In this document: in pieces, positions 8,228 through 18,272 of the stretch
How the letters are laid out: every line of letters starts with the position of its first letter
Numbering within the stretch: the stretch's first letter is position 1
Source: a virus
DNA length: 64,000 bases
Strand: one strand, 5' to 3'
IMG/VR virus record: IMGVR_UViG_3300036792_000284
Coordinates: 60,280 to 124,279 of that record
Notes under the pieces: model-generated
Told to the model about the DNA's origin: nothing
What the model saw: the letters and a program-made list of their open reading frames with translations, nothing else
The model's database searches: none
Made by a program: the position numbers and the translations under genes

Positions 8228-9406
8228 TTACTTTCCTTCCTTGTAACCGACCAGGCGTGACACCATCTGCGTGCAGATGCCCGTCACCCCGGCCGCCTTG
8301 TCTTCCAGCAGCAGGTGCGGCAGCGCCTTGCCGCGAGGCTTCCCGAGCCTGAACTCGCAGAACGGGCCCGGGTGGGCCGACAGCATGGCGCCCAGGAACG
8401 CAGCGTTGACCACCAGCCCGTGGTGGCCGCCGTCCCACGTCGCGGCGATGACCTCCTCGGCCCCGTTGTTGGCGGCGTCGCGGGACATGACGGTCAGCAC
8501 CGGCTTCGCCCCGGTGCTGTCGGCGATGAGCGCCACGGCGGACGTGCTCGCGTCGGAGTTGATCCGCACCCGGCGCAGCGCCCCGGCCAGCTCCGCCTTG
8601 TCGACGCCCAGCAGCATGTCGTTGCCTGCTGCGAGCCGCAGGAACGTGCTGTCGACGTCCGGGAACGCGTGGTTCATCTTGAGCATGGCCAGCGTGACCA
8701 CGCCGACCCGGAACACCACGTACGACCCGGAGTCGGCCACCGCCACGTCGTCCACCGGGTTTTTCAGCAGCTTCAGCAGGTCGTCGAGCACGCCGCCGGG
8801 GATGCACAGCGGCACCGGAAACCCGGGAACCGGGCACTGGGCGAACTGGCTGCTGTCGGCCGCGCGGGCATACATGACGCCGCCCGCCTCGGCGATGCTC
8901 ACCTGCCGGGACGACGGGCGCCCGTCGTCCTTGCCGACCGCGTGCTTGACCGTGTTCAGCGCCGCGAGCAGCTTCTCACGGCTGACAGGGGCGAACTGCG
9001 CGCCGGACAGGTCGGGCAGTTCGGTGTACCCGTTCGGGCTGAACAACTTCAGCGACCAGGTAGCCGACCCCGCGGTCACCAGGGCAGTCATGCCTTTCAC
9101 CGACACGGTAACGTCGCCGTCCGGCGCCTCGCCCAGCATCGCCTCCAGCTTCCTGGCCGGCAGGAGGACCTCGCCCTCGCTCTGGGCGGTCACCGCCGGG
9201 GTCTCGGCGAAGACAGCCTGCCGCTGGTCGCTGGCGGCCAGCATCAGCCGGCCGGGGCCCACGGTGACCTTGAAGCACCCGTTCGCCGGCAGCGTCGGCG
9301 ACGACGGGACGGCGGGCAGCGCCCACTTGGCCAACTGGGCCAGGTGCCCCGTGCGGACCGTGAACTCAAAGGCGCCGTAGTCGGTGCCGCCCTGCACTTC
9401 GCTCAC
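8228..9406 (-). CDS. dnaN: DNA polymerase III beta sliding clamp
   Basis: 392 aa three-domain layout; LMLAASD, VLLPARKL, YTELPD, YARAADS, FPDV, LAGALRRV, VNAAFL. Confidence 0.9.
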   Translation of the reverse strand: MSEVQGGTDYGAFEFTVRTGHLAQLAKWALPAVPSSPTLPANGCFKVTVGPGRLMLAASDQRQAVFAETPAVTAQSEGEVLLPARKLEAMLGEAPDGDVTVSVKGMTALVTAGSATWSLKLFSPNGYTELPDLSGAQFAPVSREKLLAALNTVKHAVGKDDGRPSSRQVSIAEAGGVMYARAADSSQFAQCPVPGFPVPLCIPGGVLDDLLKLLKNPVDDVAVADSGSYVVFRVGVVTLAMLKMNHAFPDVDSTFLRLAAGNDMLLGVDKAELAGALRRVRINSDASTSAVALIADSTGAKPVLTVMSRDAANNGAEEVIAATWDGGHHGLVVNAAFLGAMLSAHPGPFCEFRLGKPRGKALPHLLLEDKAAGVTGICTQMVSRLVGYKEGK

Positions 9407-9654
9407 TGCGTGCCTCCTGCTATTGCGAGCAGCCGCCGAACCTCGGCCGCCTCGGCTTCCATTTGCTGCCTCAGGTCCGCGAGCATCGTGCGCGCGGCCT
9501 GCACGGTGGTTACGCCGAACTCGGCCTGCAGGTCACCGCGGGCCGCCTCGGCCCTTGCCTGTGCCTGCACCAGCCCGGCCTCCGCGAGCGCGTGCCGCTG
9601 CGCCGCGGCGGTTACCTCGCCGCGCAGCTTCGCTACCGTCTCCTCGATGCCCAT
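9403..9654 (-). CDS. Small coiled-coil protein
   Basis: MGIEETVAKLRGEV... heptad pattern; CGTAGTAG motif 5 nt upstream of ATG. Confidence 0.65.
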   Translation of the reverse strand: MGIEETVAKLRGEVTAAAQRHALAEAGLVQAQARAEAARGDLQAEFGVTTVQAARTMLADLRQQMEAEAAEVRRLLAIAGGTQ

Positions 9655-9662
9655 GACCGCTA

Positions 9663-10496
9663 CTACGCCGAGATCGCGGCGAGGGAGACCCGGCCGGGCC
9701 TGCGCTTGAACTTGGGGCAGACGCGCTGGACGTCGCACCAGGAGCAGCCCGCGTCATCCGCTTTTGGGGCGAGGCGGCCCGCCCAGATGTCGTGCGCCGT
9801 CTTGGTGATGCGGCTGGCCATCTGCCGCACCGCGGCGGCGTCCACCGTCACCGGGAGCACCGGCTGGGTGCACATCGGCTGGATGAGCCCGGTGATGACC
9901 GGGAGCTGCCCGTGCTCGGCCCGCACCGCCAGGGCGTAGAACGCCAGCTGGCCGAGCACCTTCTTGTAGTACTGGTCATCGCGGGTGGCCTTCAGGTCCC
10001 ACACCGCGTACCGGCCCTCCCCGTCGCGCACCTTCAGGTCCATCTCGCCGATGAGGGCAATCTCGCGCATCGACCCGTCGAAGTAGGGGACCGAGACGGG
10101 CACCTCGAACCGCACCGCGGGGTGGTAGTCAAACGGCAGCGCGTACTTGACCAGGATGGGCTCCAGGCGCACCACCAGGTCACGGCAGAACTGCAGGGTC
10201 TCCGCCTTGTCGTTGAGGCCCTTCCACCGGACGATGCCGTCCCCGGTGTCTTTGGCGATCTGCTCCGCCTCCTCGAACAGCAGATCAACCTGAGTGGCCA
10301 TCCACCCCGGCTCGGGGTTGTCCTGGTCCAGCCAGCGCCGCATGAGCAGGTCGACCACGTTGCCATGGAAGAAGTTGCGGATGTCCTGGTAAGGCGACCT
10401 GGCCTTACGCATCAGCGGATACTTGGCCGGGCACTCGTCGTGCGACCGCAGGTGCGACCAGGACAGACGCAACGGCGCGGCGCCAGAATCACTCAC
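9663..10496 (-). CDS. PD-(D/E)XK nuclease, AddB/Cas4-like Fe-S staple
   Basis: LSWS...CPAKY, HGNVV, FE, GEMDL, VWDLKA, QLAFYA, CSWCDVQRVC. Confidence 0.85.
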   Translation of the reverse strand: MSDSGAAPLRLSWSHLRSHDECPAKYPLMRKARSPYQDIRNFFHGNVVDLLMRRWLDQDNPEPGWMATQVDLLFEEAEQIAKDTGDGIVRWKGLNDKAETLQFCRDLVVRLEPILVKYALPFDYHPAVRFEVPVSVPYFDGSMREIALIGEMDLKVRDGEGRYAVWDLKATRDDQYYKKVLGQLAFYALAVRAEHGQLPVITGLIQPMCTQPVLPVTVDAAAVRQMASRITKTAHDIWAGRLAPKADDAGCSWCDVQRVCPKFKRRPGRVSLAAISA

Positions 10497-11005
10497 AGGC
10501 CGCCGCCCCGGTTGTCGAACGGCGCCTGCTGGAACTTGTGCGCGTCCTCCGGGTAGAACGGGTTGACCCCGAGCGCGGGCACGCCGGTGCGCTCGTAGAT
10601 TTCCGTGGCGACAGCCGGGTGGTCCTCGTAGAACAGCACCGGCTCGATGCCGACCGACCTCAGGAACTCAATGTAGCTGACCTTGATGTCCGCGTTCGTG
10701 GCGAGCGGGTCAGTCCGCAGCACCAGCGCGTCGAACGGAATCCGGTGCCGGTCCAGCCAGGCCCGCGTGACCTGCTCAGCCGACACCTCGCTGCCCGAGC
10801 AGATGTTCACCTGATGGTGCGGGTAGTGCAGCCGGGCCGCCGCCACGGCGCCGGGGATGGGCGTGTCGCCCATCCGGGCCGCGCAGTACTTGGCCCAGCT
10901 AGACGACGGGTCGGCTTTCGGCGACAGGTGCCAGCGGTGCCTCGTGTCCGCCAGGGTGGAATCCAGGTCGAACAGTACGGCGGTCTTGTGGTTCTCGCGG
11001 CTCAA
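10493..11005 (-). CDS. HAD-family phosphatase (polynucleotide kinase phosphatase-like)
   Basis: VLFDLDSTLAD motif I, ICSG, RTD...K, FYED; TTG start overlaps sbcD stop. Confidence 0.8.
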   Translation of the reverse strand: MSRENHKTAVLFDLDSTLADTRHRWHLSPKADPSSSWAKYCAARMGDTPIPGAVAAARLHYPHHQVNICSGSEVSAEQVTRAWLDRHRIPFDALVLRTDPLATNADIKVSYIEFLRSVGIEPVLFYEDHPAVATEIYERTGVPALGVNPFYPEDAHKFQQAPFDNRGGGL

Positions 11006-11985
11006 CTCGCGCTCCCTTGCTGCATTAGCAGTTTCTCGGCCAGGTCGGCCACGCCAGGGTCCAGCCTGCGCGCGTGAATGTGCTCGACCACGGCCTCCAC
11101 GTTCAGTACCGCCAGCGTCGCGGCGCCGATCCCGGCCACGAAGCCGTCCAGGCTCTGCCGCGCGGCGGCCTTCTCCTCGTGCTCGCGGAGCCGGAACACC
11201 TCGGCGGCCGGCTTCGCCTTCAGCGGCACGAACTCGAACGCGCGCTCCGGCGGGGCGTCGGTGTCCCAGATGGCGACCCCGACCTGACGGTTGAGGTTGT
11301 GCTCGTCCAGGCTGCCGCGGCTGAGCGCGCCGAAGTTGCAGAACGTCACCCCGCCGTGCCGCCAGACGCCGTGCGGCTCGTGGATGTGGCCGTACAGCAG
11401 GTAGCCGGTGCCGCCCATCGCGTCGGCCCACCAGGACGCCGGAGTGAACTCGGCGCCCTCGTAGCCCGGCTCTTTGCCGGGCGGGTAGATGGGCGCGTGG
11501 GTGACCAGCAGCGAGCAGCCGTAGGTCTCCATCCGCCAGTCTTCGCACACAGCGCGGACACGCTCGGCGGTCCACTCCTGCTGCCAGGGGACCCCGTACA
11601 GGTCCAGCCGGCTGTCCTCGTCCGGGCCGCCCCAGCCTTCCAGGCGCTGCGCGCCGGCCAGGTACAGCACCCCCAGCGGCTGGGTGGCCTCGATCGAATC
11701 GAGCCGGTCGTGCTGGATGTCGTGGTTGCCGGGCACGATGAACAGCGGGCACGGGTAGGCCTGGATGACCCGGATCAGGTCCTGCACCACACCGTGGTCG
11801 GTGCGCCCCGGCGCCTTATGGTGCAAGACGTCTCCGGCCCAGACAACGGCGGTGACCTCGCGCGCGCGGGCCACCTCCACCGTCTGCCAGAGCAGGTCCC
11901 GCAGGTCGGGCCAGTAGCTGGCGGTGCAGCTAGACGGCGGGCGGCTGGAAGCGTGAATGTCGTTAACGGCGAGGATTAGTCCCAC
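11002..11985 (-). CDS. sbcD: SbcD/Mre11 metallophosphoesterase nuclease
   Basis: NDIH, AGDVLH, VPGNHD, VTH, GHIH, NFGALSR. Confidence 0.9.
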   Translation of the reverse strand: MGLILAVNDIHASSRPPSSCTASYWPDLRDLLWQTVEVARAREVTAVVWAGDVLHHKAPGRTDHGVVQDLIRVIQAYPCPLFIVPGNHDIQHDRLDSIEATQPLGVLYLAGAQRLEGWGGPDEDSRLDLYGVPWQQEWTAERVRAVCEDWRMETYGCSLLVTHAPIYPPGKEPGYEGAEFTPASWWADAMGGTGYLLYGHIHEPHGVWRHGGVTFCNFGALSRGSLDEHNLNRQVGVAIWDTDAPPERAFEFVPLKAKPAAEVFRLREHEEKAAARQSLDGFVAGIGAATLAVLNVEAVVEHIHARRLDPGVADLAEKLLMQQGSAS

Positions 11986-12000
11986 GCCAGTTACTACGAC

Positions 12001-12942
12001 CTAGGCGATGAGGGCAGTCCAGGTAGCTCTCCCGACCACGCCGTCCTGCGCGAGCCCGGCGTGCCGCTGCACAGCCACCACCGCGGCCCTGGTGGCCGGC
12101 CCGAAGTTGCCGTCGGCGGCAATAGCCGTAACCGCGCCAAGGCCGTTCCACCGGCCGTAGCCGGCTACCTCGTTCTGCAGGCGGTGCACGTACCAGGCCG
12201 CCGGCGCGCCGCTGTCCTTCGAGCCGCTCTGCAGGGTAGGCAGGTTGTTCACGAGGGTCTCCGTCCAGTTGTCGACAGGTACCGGGGGAGCATCGCCGGC
12301 CCACGCCTGTAGCGCGGCCAGGTCCCCGTTGAAGTAGTCAGCGTCGCCGCCGCCGACCCCCGTGGCCCCGTTCTGCCAGAACGTCCAGGTCTTCCACGGC
12401 GCCGGGACGATAGGGGCCTGCTCGTAGTAGGCCAGGAACAGCGGGTAGCCCGCGCACGCCCCGAGCAGGTTCTGCGCCATGGAGACGTCGGTGTAGAGCA
12501 TCACCCGGTGCTGGGCGCCGACCAGGGCCTGCACCTCGTTCAGGAACGCCAGGGCGGCCGGGCCCACCGGGGCCGCCAGCGGGTCACCCCAGATCCCGCA
12601 GTGCGTGCGGTCCGGAGCGCGCTCGGTGCCGTAGACCTCCCGCCCGTCGTCCCCGGCCGTGATCTCCACGTCCGCGATGAAGACGTCCCCGGCGACGATG
12701 CCGCCGTTCTCTTTCACCGTGGCGATGAAGAACTGCGCCTGCGCCACCGGGTCGTCGGCCGGGTGGAAGAAGTGGTAGGCGCCGCGGACCTTGCCCTCGG
12801 CCCGGAGGTTGAACCAGTTCGCCTTGAACGTCGAGTCCGACCAGTCGGTGCCCTCGGTGACCTTGGCGAACCCGAAAGAGTCGCCTGCCCACCCGGATAC
12901 CCGCTGGAAACTGCTCCGGTCCTCGCCAATGACGTTGGTCAC
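12001..12942 (-). CDS. Endolysin: GH25 muramidase plus peptidoglycan-binding domain
   Basis: EDRSSFQ, FAKVTEGT, GAYHFFHP, IADVE, WTFWQ, DADYFNG; C-terminal PTLQSG...DGNFGPAT..AVVAVQ..GL..DGVVG..TW. Confidence 0.9.
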   Translation of the reverse strand: MTNVIGEDRSSFQRVSGWAGDSFGFAKVTEGTDWSDSTFKANWFNLRAEGKVRGAYHFFHPADDPVAQAQFFIATVKENGGIVAGDVFIADVEITAGDDGREVYGTERAPDRTHCGIWGDPLAAPVGPAALAFLNEVQALVGAQHRVMLYTDVSMAQNLLGACAGYPLFLAYYEQAPIVPAPWKTWTFWQNGATGVGGGDADYFNGDLAALQAWAGDAPPVPVDNWTETLVNNLPTLQSGSKDSGAPAAWYVHRLQNEVAGYGRWNGLGAVTAIAADGNFGPATRAAVVAVQRHAGLAQDGVVGRATWTALIA

Positions 12943-12987
12943 GCCGCTCTCCCGCCTGTCGCCTTGCAGCGCAGGGGGAATCGGCGG

Positions 12988-13968
12988 TTAGGCGACCTTC
13001 TGCCCGCAGGTGAAGCACTGGCCGGCGGCAGCCAGCGCGGCGTGGACGGCGGCCTCGGCCGCGTTCCCGTCCTGCACGGCACCGTCGGCCCGGGCGGCCT
13101 GCTCGGCCTGGTCGCGCTCGGCGCCCTGCAGCTGCGTGCCCAATTCTCGCAGCCGGGCTATCCGCGCTGCCAGGGCGTCCAGCCGCGCCAGCGACGGCGG
13201 GGCCTGGCGGGCGGCCTCGGCCCGGTTGTGCCCGGCCCGGGTCTCCAGCAGCTCCAGGCGGTCCGCCAGGGCCTCCAGCCGCTCCGCCTGCGCGGCCATC
13301 GCCTGCACCCGCCCCAGCGCCTCCTCGGCCGCGGCGGCGGCCTTGCGGCGGGCGCCCAGGCCGACGAACTGCTGTGCCTCGGCCAGCAGCGCGTCACGCC
13401 GGGTCCGGGCCCCGTCCAGGTCCCGGTCCAGTTGCTTGCGGCGGCGGTTCGCCTCGGCCGCCGCGCCGAAAACCAACGAAACGTTCGTCAAATCACCGAG
13501 GCGCCGCGCAATCTCTGTCCCGGGGGCGCTCAGCAGGTAGGGCGGGTCGAACTGCCGGGCGAAATTCAGCTTGTCCAGCCCGAGCAGCTCGGCCGCCTGC
13601 GGCGGCACCTGCCCGCCCAGCTTGGTGAACGTGCCGCCCGTCCAGCCGTAGCCGCCCGGCTGCGGAGTGGGCACTTCCTGCTGCACCTGGTACTCGTTCT
13701 TGCCGCGCGGCGAGTTCGACCGGGTGATACCGACGGCCCAGCCGCGCCCCCAGGTCGCCCCCAGGTCGCCTCCGGTCGCCACCGTGCACGAGTTCTCTCC
13801 GGCGGTGATGTAGGACGTCCCCTTGGCGTTGCGGGCCAGCAGCAGCGCGGCGCGGAACAGCGCGCTCTTGCCCGACCCGGTCGCCCCGGTGACGACGGTG
13901 ACCTTGCCCAGCGGGATGCGCAGCTTGCGCAGGCTCTGGAAGTTACTGACTTCGATGTGGCTCAGCAC
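12988..13968 (-). CDS. sbcC: SbcC/Rad50 N-terminal half ending at the zinc hook
   Basis: IEVSNFQS, VVTGATGSGKSALFRA, NFARQFDPPYL (Q-loop), coiled coil, ends CFTCGQKVA-stop. Confidence 0.85.
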   Translation of the reverse strand: MLSHIEVSNFQSLRKLRIPLGKVTVVTGATGSGKSALFRAALLLARNAKGTSYITAGENSCTVATGGDLGATWGRGWAVGITRSNSPRGKNEYQVQQEVPTPQPGGYGWTGGTFTKLGGQVPPQAAELLGLDKLNFARQFDPPYLLSAPGTEIARRLGDLTNVSLVFGAAAEANRRRKQLDRDLDGARTRRDALLAEAQQFVGLGARRKAAAAAEEALGRVQAMAAQAERLEALADRLELLETRAGHNRAEAARQAPPSLARLDALAARIARLRELGTQLQGAERDQAEQAARADGAVQDGNAAEAAVHAALAAAGQCFTCGQKVA

Positions 13969-14147
13969 TAGATTTCCGTTCTGAACGAGAAGCCGGGGTA
14001 GGGCGCCGCCCATATGTGGGCGCACGACCCGCAGGTCTGCAGGGCCGGCTCCGGGGCGTCGTCCTCGGGGTCCTCCGGCTCCAGCCAGGTGCCTTCCTGC
14101 TCGGTCCCGCACGGGGGGCAGGCGATGACGGCCACCAGCACGTTCAC
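13968..14147 (-). CDS. Small acidic Zn-finger protein
   Basis: CPPC...CGSC; stop overlaps sbcC start. Confidence 0.55.
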   Translation of the reverse strand: MNVLVAVIACPPCGTEQEGTWLEPEDPEDDAPEPALQTCGSCAHIWAAPYPGFSFRTEI

Positions 14148-14170
14148 TGTGCCCCTCTCTCGAAATGGTG

Positions 14171-14209
14171 CGGCGGGGCCCAGGGCGCTAAGCACCTGGC
14201 GCCCCGCCG
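14171..14209 (-). terminator. GC-rich stem-loop
   Basis: CGGCGGGGC/GCCCCGCCG arms in the intergenic gap. Confidence 0.5.
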
Positions 14210-14215
14210 GATCTG

Positions 14216-15385
14216 TCAGGAGGCCTCCGGGGCCTCCCAGTCCTTGTCGAGCAGCCGGCGGCAGCCGTTCGGCAGCTGGCCGCGGCACATGCCGCCGCCC
14301 TGGTGCACGATGTGGCCCGCCAGGTCGTGCAGGCTGCGCACCTCGCGCCAGGTCGCCCCGTCCAGGTTGGCCGCCTCGGCCGCCGCGTGGGCGAGGTCGT
14401 GCATCGTCGGCTCCCGCGGCTGGCCCTCCACCGCCGAGATGATCCGCAGCTTGAGGTCCTTGGCCACCGGGCGCTCGCGCCAGAGCTGGTCCAGCACCCG
14501 GCTGTAGTCGCCGTCCACCTCGGTCTCGGTGAGCACCTGCAGGCCCCGGAACGCGTCGTCCGGGCCGTCGAGGATCTCCTGTGCCGACTCGGCCGCCCAG
14601 CCGTACACGTCGTCGGGATTGCTGCCCCGGCGGTTGAACCCGCCGGCCGCGTGCTCCACGTCGGTGACCCCCGCCGTGGTGGCAAGCCGGAGCATGTAGC
14701 CGGACAGGATCGTCTGCTTGAGCCCGACCTGGCTGTTGGACACCTCGATGCCGTAGCACCAGGCGTCATCGTCGGTTCCCGTCCCGGTGACGACCTGCTG
14801 CACGGCCGGGACCACGACGCGGAAGCTGGTGTGCTCCCGGTCATGGAAGAACTTGTAGTCCACCAGCGCGCCGTCCGCGGCGGCATGGCCGAACTTCGCC
14901 CGGATCGAGAGCAGGACGATGTCCAGCAGCCGCACGTTGGAGAACGGGACGATCGTGGCCCGGCACTGGCCGACCGCCAGCGGAACCGGGGCGCCCGTTA
15001 CGCTCTCACCCTCGCCCGCGGTGAGCAGCTTCAGCTCGCTCTCGGCCAGCCCCTCGCGCAGCGCCCAGGTCACCAGGTCCGACAGCCGCTCGGGCGGGAT
15101 GAACTCCTGGTACCTCTGGTTGACCTTGGCGGTAGAGCCCAGTTGCCGGGCCGCCTGCCGGGTCATCTGGAACACCTGCCCGTCCGGCAGGGTCACCCAC
15201 ACCGGGGCAGCCTCGGTCATCTCGACCTCAGTCCAGCCCTTGCCGTAGACGACCTCGATGCCCTCGGTCCGCGTCCAGAACGTGGTGCCGTCGATGGGCT
15301 CGGTCTCTGCCAGCCGCCCCCTGGCCTCGCTCACGGTGAGCATGCCGACGGCTCCACCGTCGAACGGCACTGCGGTGTAATCCAC
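14216..15385 (-). CDS. DUF932-like protein
   Basis: IVPFSNVRLLD, GIEVSNSQVG...LRLATTAG pattern. Confidence 0.55.
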   Translation of the reverse strand: MDYTAVPFDGGAVGMLTVSEARGRLAETEPIDGTTFWTRTEGIEVVYGKGWTEVEMTEAAPVWVTLPDGQVFQMTRQAARQLGSTAKVNQRYQEFIPPERLSDLVTWALREGLAESELKLLTAGEGESVTGAPVPLAVGQCRATIVPFSNVRLLDIVLLSIRAKFGHAAADGALVDYKFFHDREHTSFRVVVPAVQQVVTGTGTDDDAWCYGIEVSNSQVGLKQTILSGYMLRLATTAGVTDVEHAAGGFNRRGSNPDDVYGWAAESAQEILDGPDDAFRGLQVLTETEVDGDYSRVLDQLWRERPVAKDLKLRIISAVEGQPREPTMHDLAHAAAEAANLDGATWREVRSLHDLAGHIVHQGGGMCRGQLPNGCRRLLDKDWEAPEAS

Positions 15386-15416
15386 GCCAGCCTCCTCGCG
15401 TAGTCCTGCCTACCTA

Positions 15417-16478
15417 CTACGTCCCGGCGAAAAGGTCGTCGTCGGCCGGGAGCTGCGTCAGCGCCGAAGCGGCCGGCTTGTCGGCCACGGGGATGTTGAG
15501 CTTGGACTCGATCTCCTTGGCCACGTCCGGGTTGGCCACCAGGTGCAGGCGGGTCTTCTCCTTGCCCTGGCCGAGTTGCTCGCCGCCGTAGGTGTACCAG
15601 GACCCGGCCTTGCGGACGACGCCCTGCTCCACGCCGAGGTCGATGATCTCTGCCGCCCGGGAAATGCCCTGGCCGTAGATGATGTCGAACTCGGCGGTCT
15701 TGAAGGGCGGCGACATCTTGTTCTTCACGACCTTGACCCGCGTGCGGTTGCCGTAGGGGTCGCCGCCGTCCTTCAGCGTCTCGATCCGCCGCACGTCCAG
15801 CCGCACCGACGCGTAGAACTTCAGCGCCTTGCCGCCGGTGGTGGTCTCGGGAGAGCCGAACATGATGCCGACCTTCTCCCGCAGCTGGTTGATGAAGATC
15901 ATGGTCGTCTTGGTGGTATTCAACGTGCCGGTGAGCTTGCGCAGCGCCTGGGACATCAGCCGGGCCTGCAGGCCGACGTGGCTGTCCCCCATCTCGCCCT
16001 CGATCTCAGCCCGCGGCACCAGGGCGGCCACCGAGTCGATGACCACGATGGCGATATCCCCGGAGCGGACCAGCATGTCCGCGATCTCCAGGGCCTGCTC
16101 GCCGGTGTCCGGCTGGGAAACCAGCAGGGCGTCGGTATCCACGCCGAGAATGGCCGCATACTCCGGGTCCAGCGCGTGCTCCGCGTCGATGAACGCGGCG
16201 ATGCCGCCGGCCTTCTGGGCTTCCGCCACCCCGTGCAGGGCGAGGGTTGTCTTGCCGCTGGACTCCGGGCCGTAGATTTCGACCACCCGGCCGCGGGGGT
16301 AGCCGCCGATGCCGAGGGCCGCGTTCAGGGTGATCGAGCCCGTGTCGAACACCTCGGTCGGGACGCGCGTCTCGTCGCCCAGGCGCATGAGAGCGCCCTT
16401 GCCGAACTGCCGCTCGATCTGCAGGAGTGTTGCCGCCAGCCCCGCGGGGCTGGGTGACTTGCTGGACACCTTAGGCAC
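15417..16478 (-). CDS. recA: Recombinase RecA
   Basis: [59 protein letters not shown]. Confidence 0.98.
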   Translation of the reverse strand: MPKVSSKSPSPAGLAATLLQIERQFGKGALMRLGDETRVPTEVFDTGSITLNAALGIGGYPRGRVVEIYGPESSGKTTLALHGVAEAQKAGGIAAFIDAEHALDPEYAAILGVDTDALLVSQPDTGEQALEIADMLVRSGDIAIVVIDSVAALVPRAEIEGEMGDSHVGLQARLMSQALRKLTGTLNTTKTTMIFINQLREKVGIMFGSPETTTGGKALKFYASVRLDVRRIETLKDGGDPYGNRTRVKVVKNKMSPPFKTAEFDIIYGQGISRAAEIIDLGVEQGVVRKAGSWYTYGGEQLGQGKEKTRLHLVANPDVAKEIESKLNIPVADKPAASALTQLPADDDLFAGT

Positions 16479-17058
16479 TGAGTGCCTCCTTCTTGAGCGC
16501 CGGCCAGGCGATAGCCGGGTGCGCCGGCTTGCCCTTCTTGGCCGGCACGATGTCGGTCAGCACGGCACGCTGGTCTGCCGGCATCTTCACCAGCGGGAAC
16601 CCAGCCCAGTCCGCGCCCATGGCGGCCAGGGTCAGCGCGTCAGCGGTGTCGTTGCCGGTGATCCCGGCGTCAGGGAACCTCTTGAGGGCGGCGATCAGGC
16701 AGTCCTCTTTGCTCGCGTTAGCCCGGCCGGTGATGAACTTGGCCCGCTGGAACGGGCTAATGACGACATACGGCACCTTGAGCTGCCACAGCCGGTGCGT
16801 GAGCACGCCGAACAGCCCGGCCAGGTCCAGCAGCGACCGGCCTTTAGCGCCCATGGCCAGCCCTTCCACAACCGCGAAGTCGCAGCTGGCAGCGGTGACT
16901 TCCACGTTGTCGAGCAGCCACTGCATGCGCTCGTGCCCGAGCCCGAGCCGTGCCCCCGGGCGCCACCTGTGCAGCTCCACCGCGGAGCCCGGATCGGAAC
17001 TAACCCGGGCTCCGCCGAAAGAGGTCAGCGACTGATCGAGACCTAGGACGGTGGTCAC
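16471..17058 (-). CDS. ruvC: RuvC-like Holliday junction resolvase
   Basis: [33 protein letters not shown]. Confidence 0.8.
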   Translation of the reverse strand: MTTVLGLDQSLTSFGGARVSSDPGSAVELHRWRPGARLGLGHERMQWLLDNVEVTAASCDFAVVEGLAMGAKGRSLLDLAGLFGVLTHRLWQLKVPYVVISPFQRAKFITGRANASKEDCLIAALKRFPDAGITGNDTADALTLAAMGADWAGFPLVKMPADQRAVLTDIVPAKKGKPAHPAIAWPALKKEALSA

Positions 17059-18272
17059 TGCAAGTCGTCGAGCCCGTTGAGGATGTCCTTGAACGACTGG
17101 GCACCGGGCGTGGCGCCGTTCGCGCCCACTGCGGCCGGGACCGGAGCCGCCGGGGTGTCGTCGCTGCCGAAGAGGTCGTCATTGGCGACAGGGGCCGGCG
17201 CCGGAGTTGCGACCGCCGCAGCCGGAGTGTCGTCGCTGCCGAAGAGGTCGTCATCGGCGACAGGGGCCGGCGCCGGGGCGGCTGTCCGCTCAGGCGAGGC
17301 GAACTCGTCCAGGTCGTCCAGCGGCCCAGGTCGGTCCGGGTCACCCAGCAGGTCGTCCAGGCCGCCGTCCAGGCTCAGGGCCTGCTCGCCGGTGGACAGG
17401 TAGCCGTTTCCGGTCTTGCTCGGCGCTGGGCTCTTGCCCCAGTTCACAGCCTGGTGCCAGCGCGCCTCCGCGTCGCGGATGTCCCGGTCTATCCAGTCCC
17501 GGGTCGACGTCCGGCCGCAGGCGGCCTGCAGCTGCTCCTCGGTCGGCCGGTTCTCCACGACGCCCCACAGGCCCTGGATGACCGCCTTGACCGCGCGGCC
17601 GGCGTCCGAGTCGTGGCGCCAGGCACTTGGCATCGGCCAAATCTTGTCGATCTTCTGGTAGCCGTTCTCATTGGAGACGCAGATGTCGCACATTTGCAGC
17701 TTGACCGCGGCAGCGTCCTCCAGGTTCAAGAGCGCCGCCATCTGGCGCCGGATGCCGTCCACCTGCTCCCAGGACCACTGGGAGAGAGCCCAGACGAAAA
17801 TCTCGGCGTTGGGCGGGTTCCGCAGCTTCCCGTCAGGCTCGCCCTTCTTCTGGGTCGCGTACCGGATGACCGGGACGGCGTACCGCTGCTGCGGCCTCAG
17901 GTCCCGGGCGTCCGCAATGCCGGCGTCGAGCATCCGCTTGACGCCCGCGCACGCCGGGCAGCCGTCGGCGTCCAGCTCCTGCGTCGCGATGACGTCCGGG
18001 TCCCCGAGGCAGATCGGGGCGCCGATAAAGCCGCCCTCTTCCATGTCAAAGACGAGCCTGACCGCGCCCCTGACCTTCTTCTCCACCTGCAGCGGCTTCC
18101 CGTCATCCGCGAAGACGGGCGCCTTGATGTTGTGCCTGAACTCCATCCAGGCATAGTCCTGGTTCGGAATCCAGAGCCGGTGGCCTTCGTGCCGCTCCAG
18201 CTTCAGTTGCTCGAACCTGTCGACCTGGTTGCCCTCGCGGAACGCGCCGGCAGCGAGCGATACTCTCGGCAT
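17055..18272 (-). CDS. gp32-like single-stranded DNA-binding protein
   Basis: H...ICLG...CPAC Zn site, QRYAVPVI, long acidic tail; lies between recombination and replication genes. Confidence 0.7.
   Translation of the reverse strand: MPRVSLAAGAFREGNQVDRFEQLKLERHEGHRLWIPNQDYAWMEFRHNIKAPVFADDGKPLQVEKKVRGAVRLVFDMEEGGFIGAPICLGDPDVIATQELDADGCPACAGVKRMLDAGIADARDLRPQQRYAVPVIRYATQKKGEPDGKLRNPPNAEIFVWALSQWSWEQVDGIRRQMAALLNLEDAAAVKLQMCDICVSNENGYQKIDKIWPMPSAWRHDSDAGRAVKAVIQGLWGVVENRPTEEQLQAACGRTSTRDWIDRDIRDAEARWHQAVNWGKSPAPSKTGNGYLSTGEQALSLDGGLDDLLGDPDRPGPLDDLDEFASPERTAAPAPAPVADDDLFGSDDTPAAAVATPAPAPVANDDLFGSDDTPAAPVPAAVGANGATPGAQSFKDILNGLDDLQ
17147..17276. repeat. 72-bp-period duplication in the SSB tail
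   Basis: Two copies encoding PAPAPVA(D/N)DDLFGSDDTPAA. Confidence 0.9.

Noticed and set aside
9663-10496. Cas4 as part of a CRISPR system
   Set aside because: Solo PD-(D/E)XK nuclease in a recombination operon; no cas1/cas2 or array
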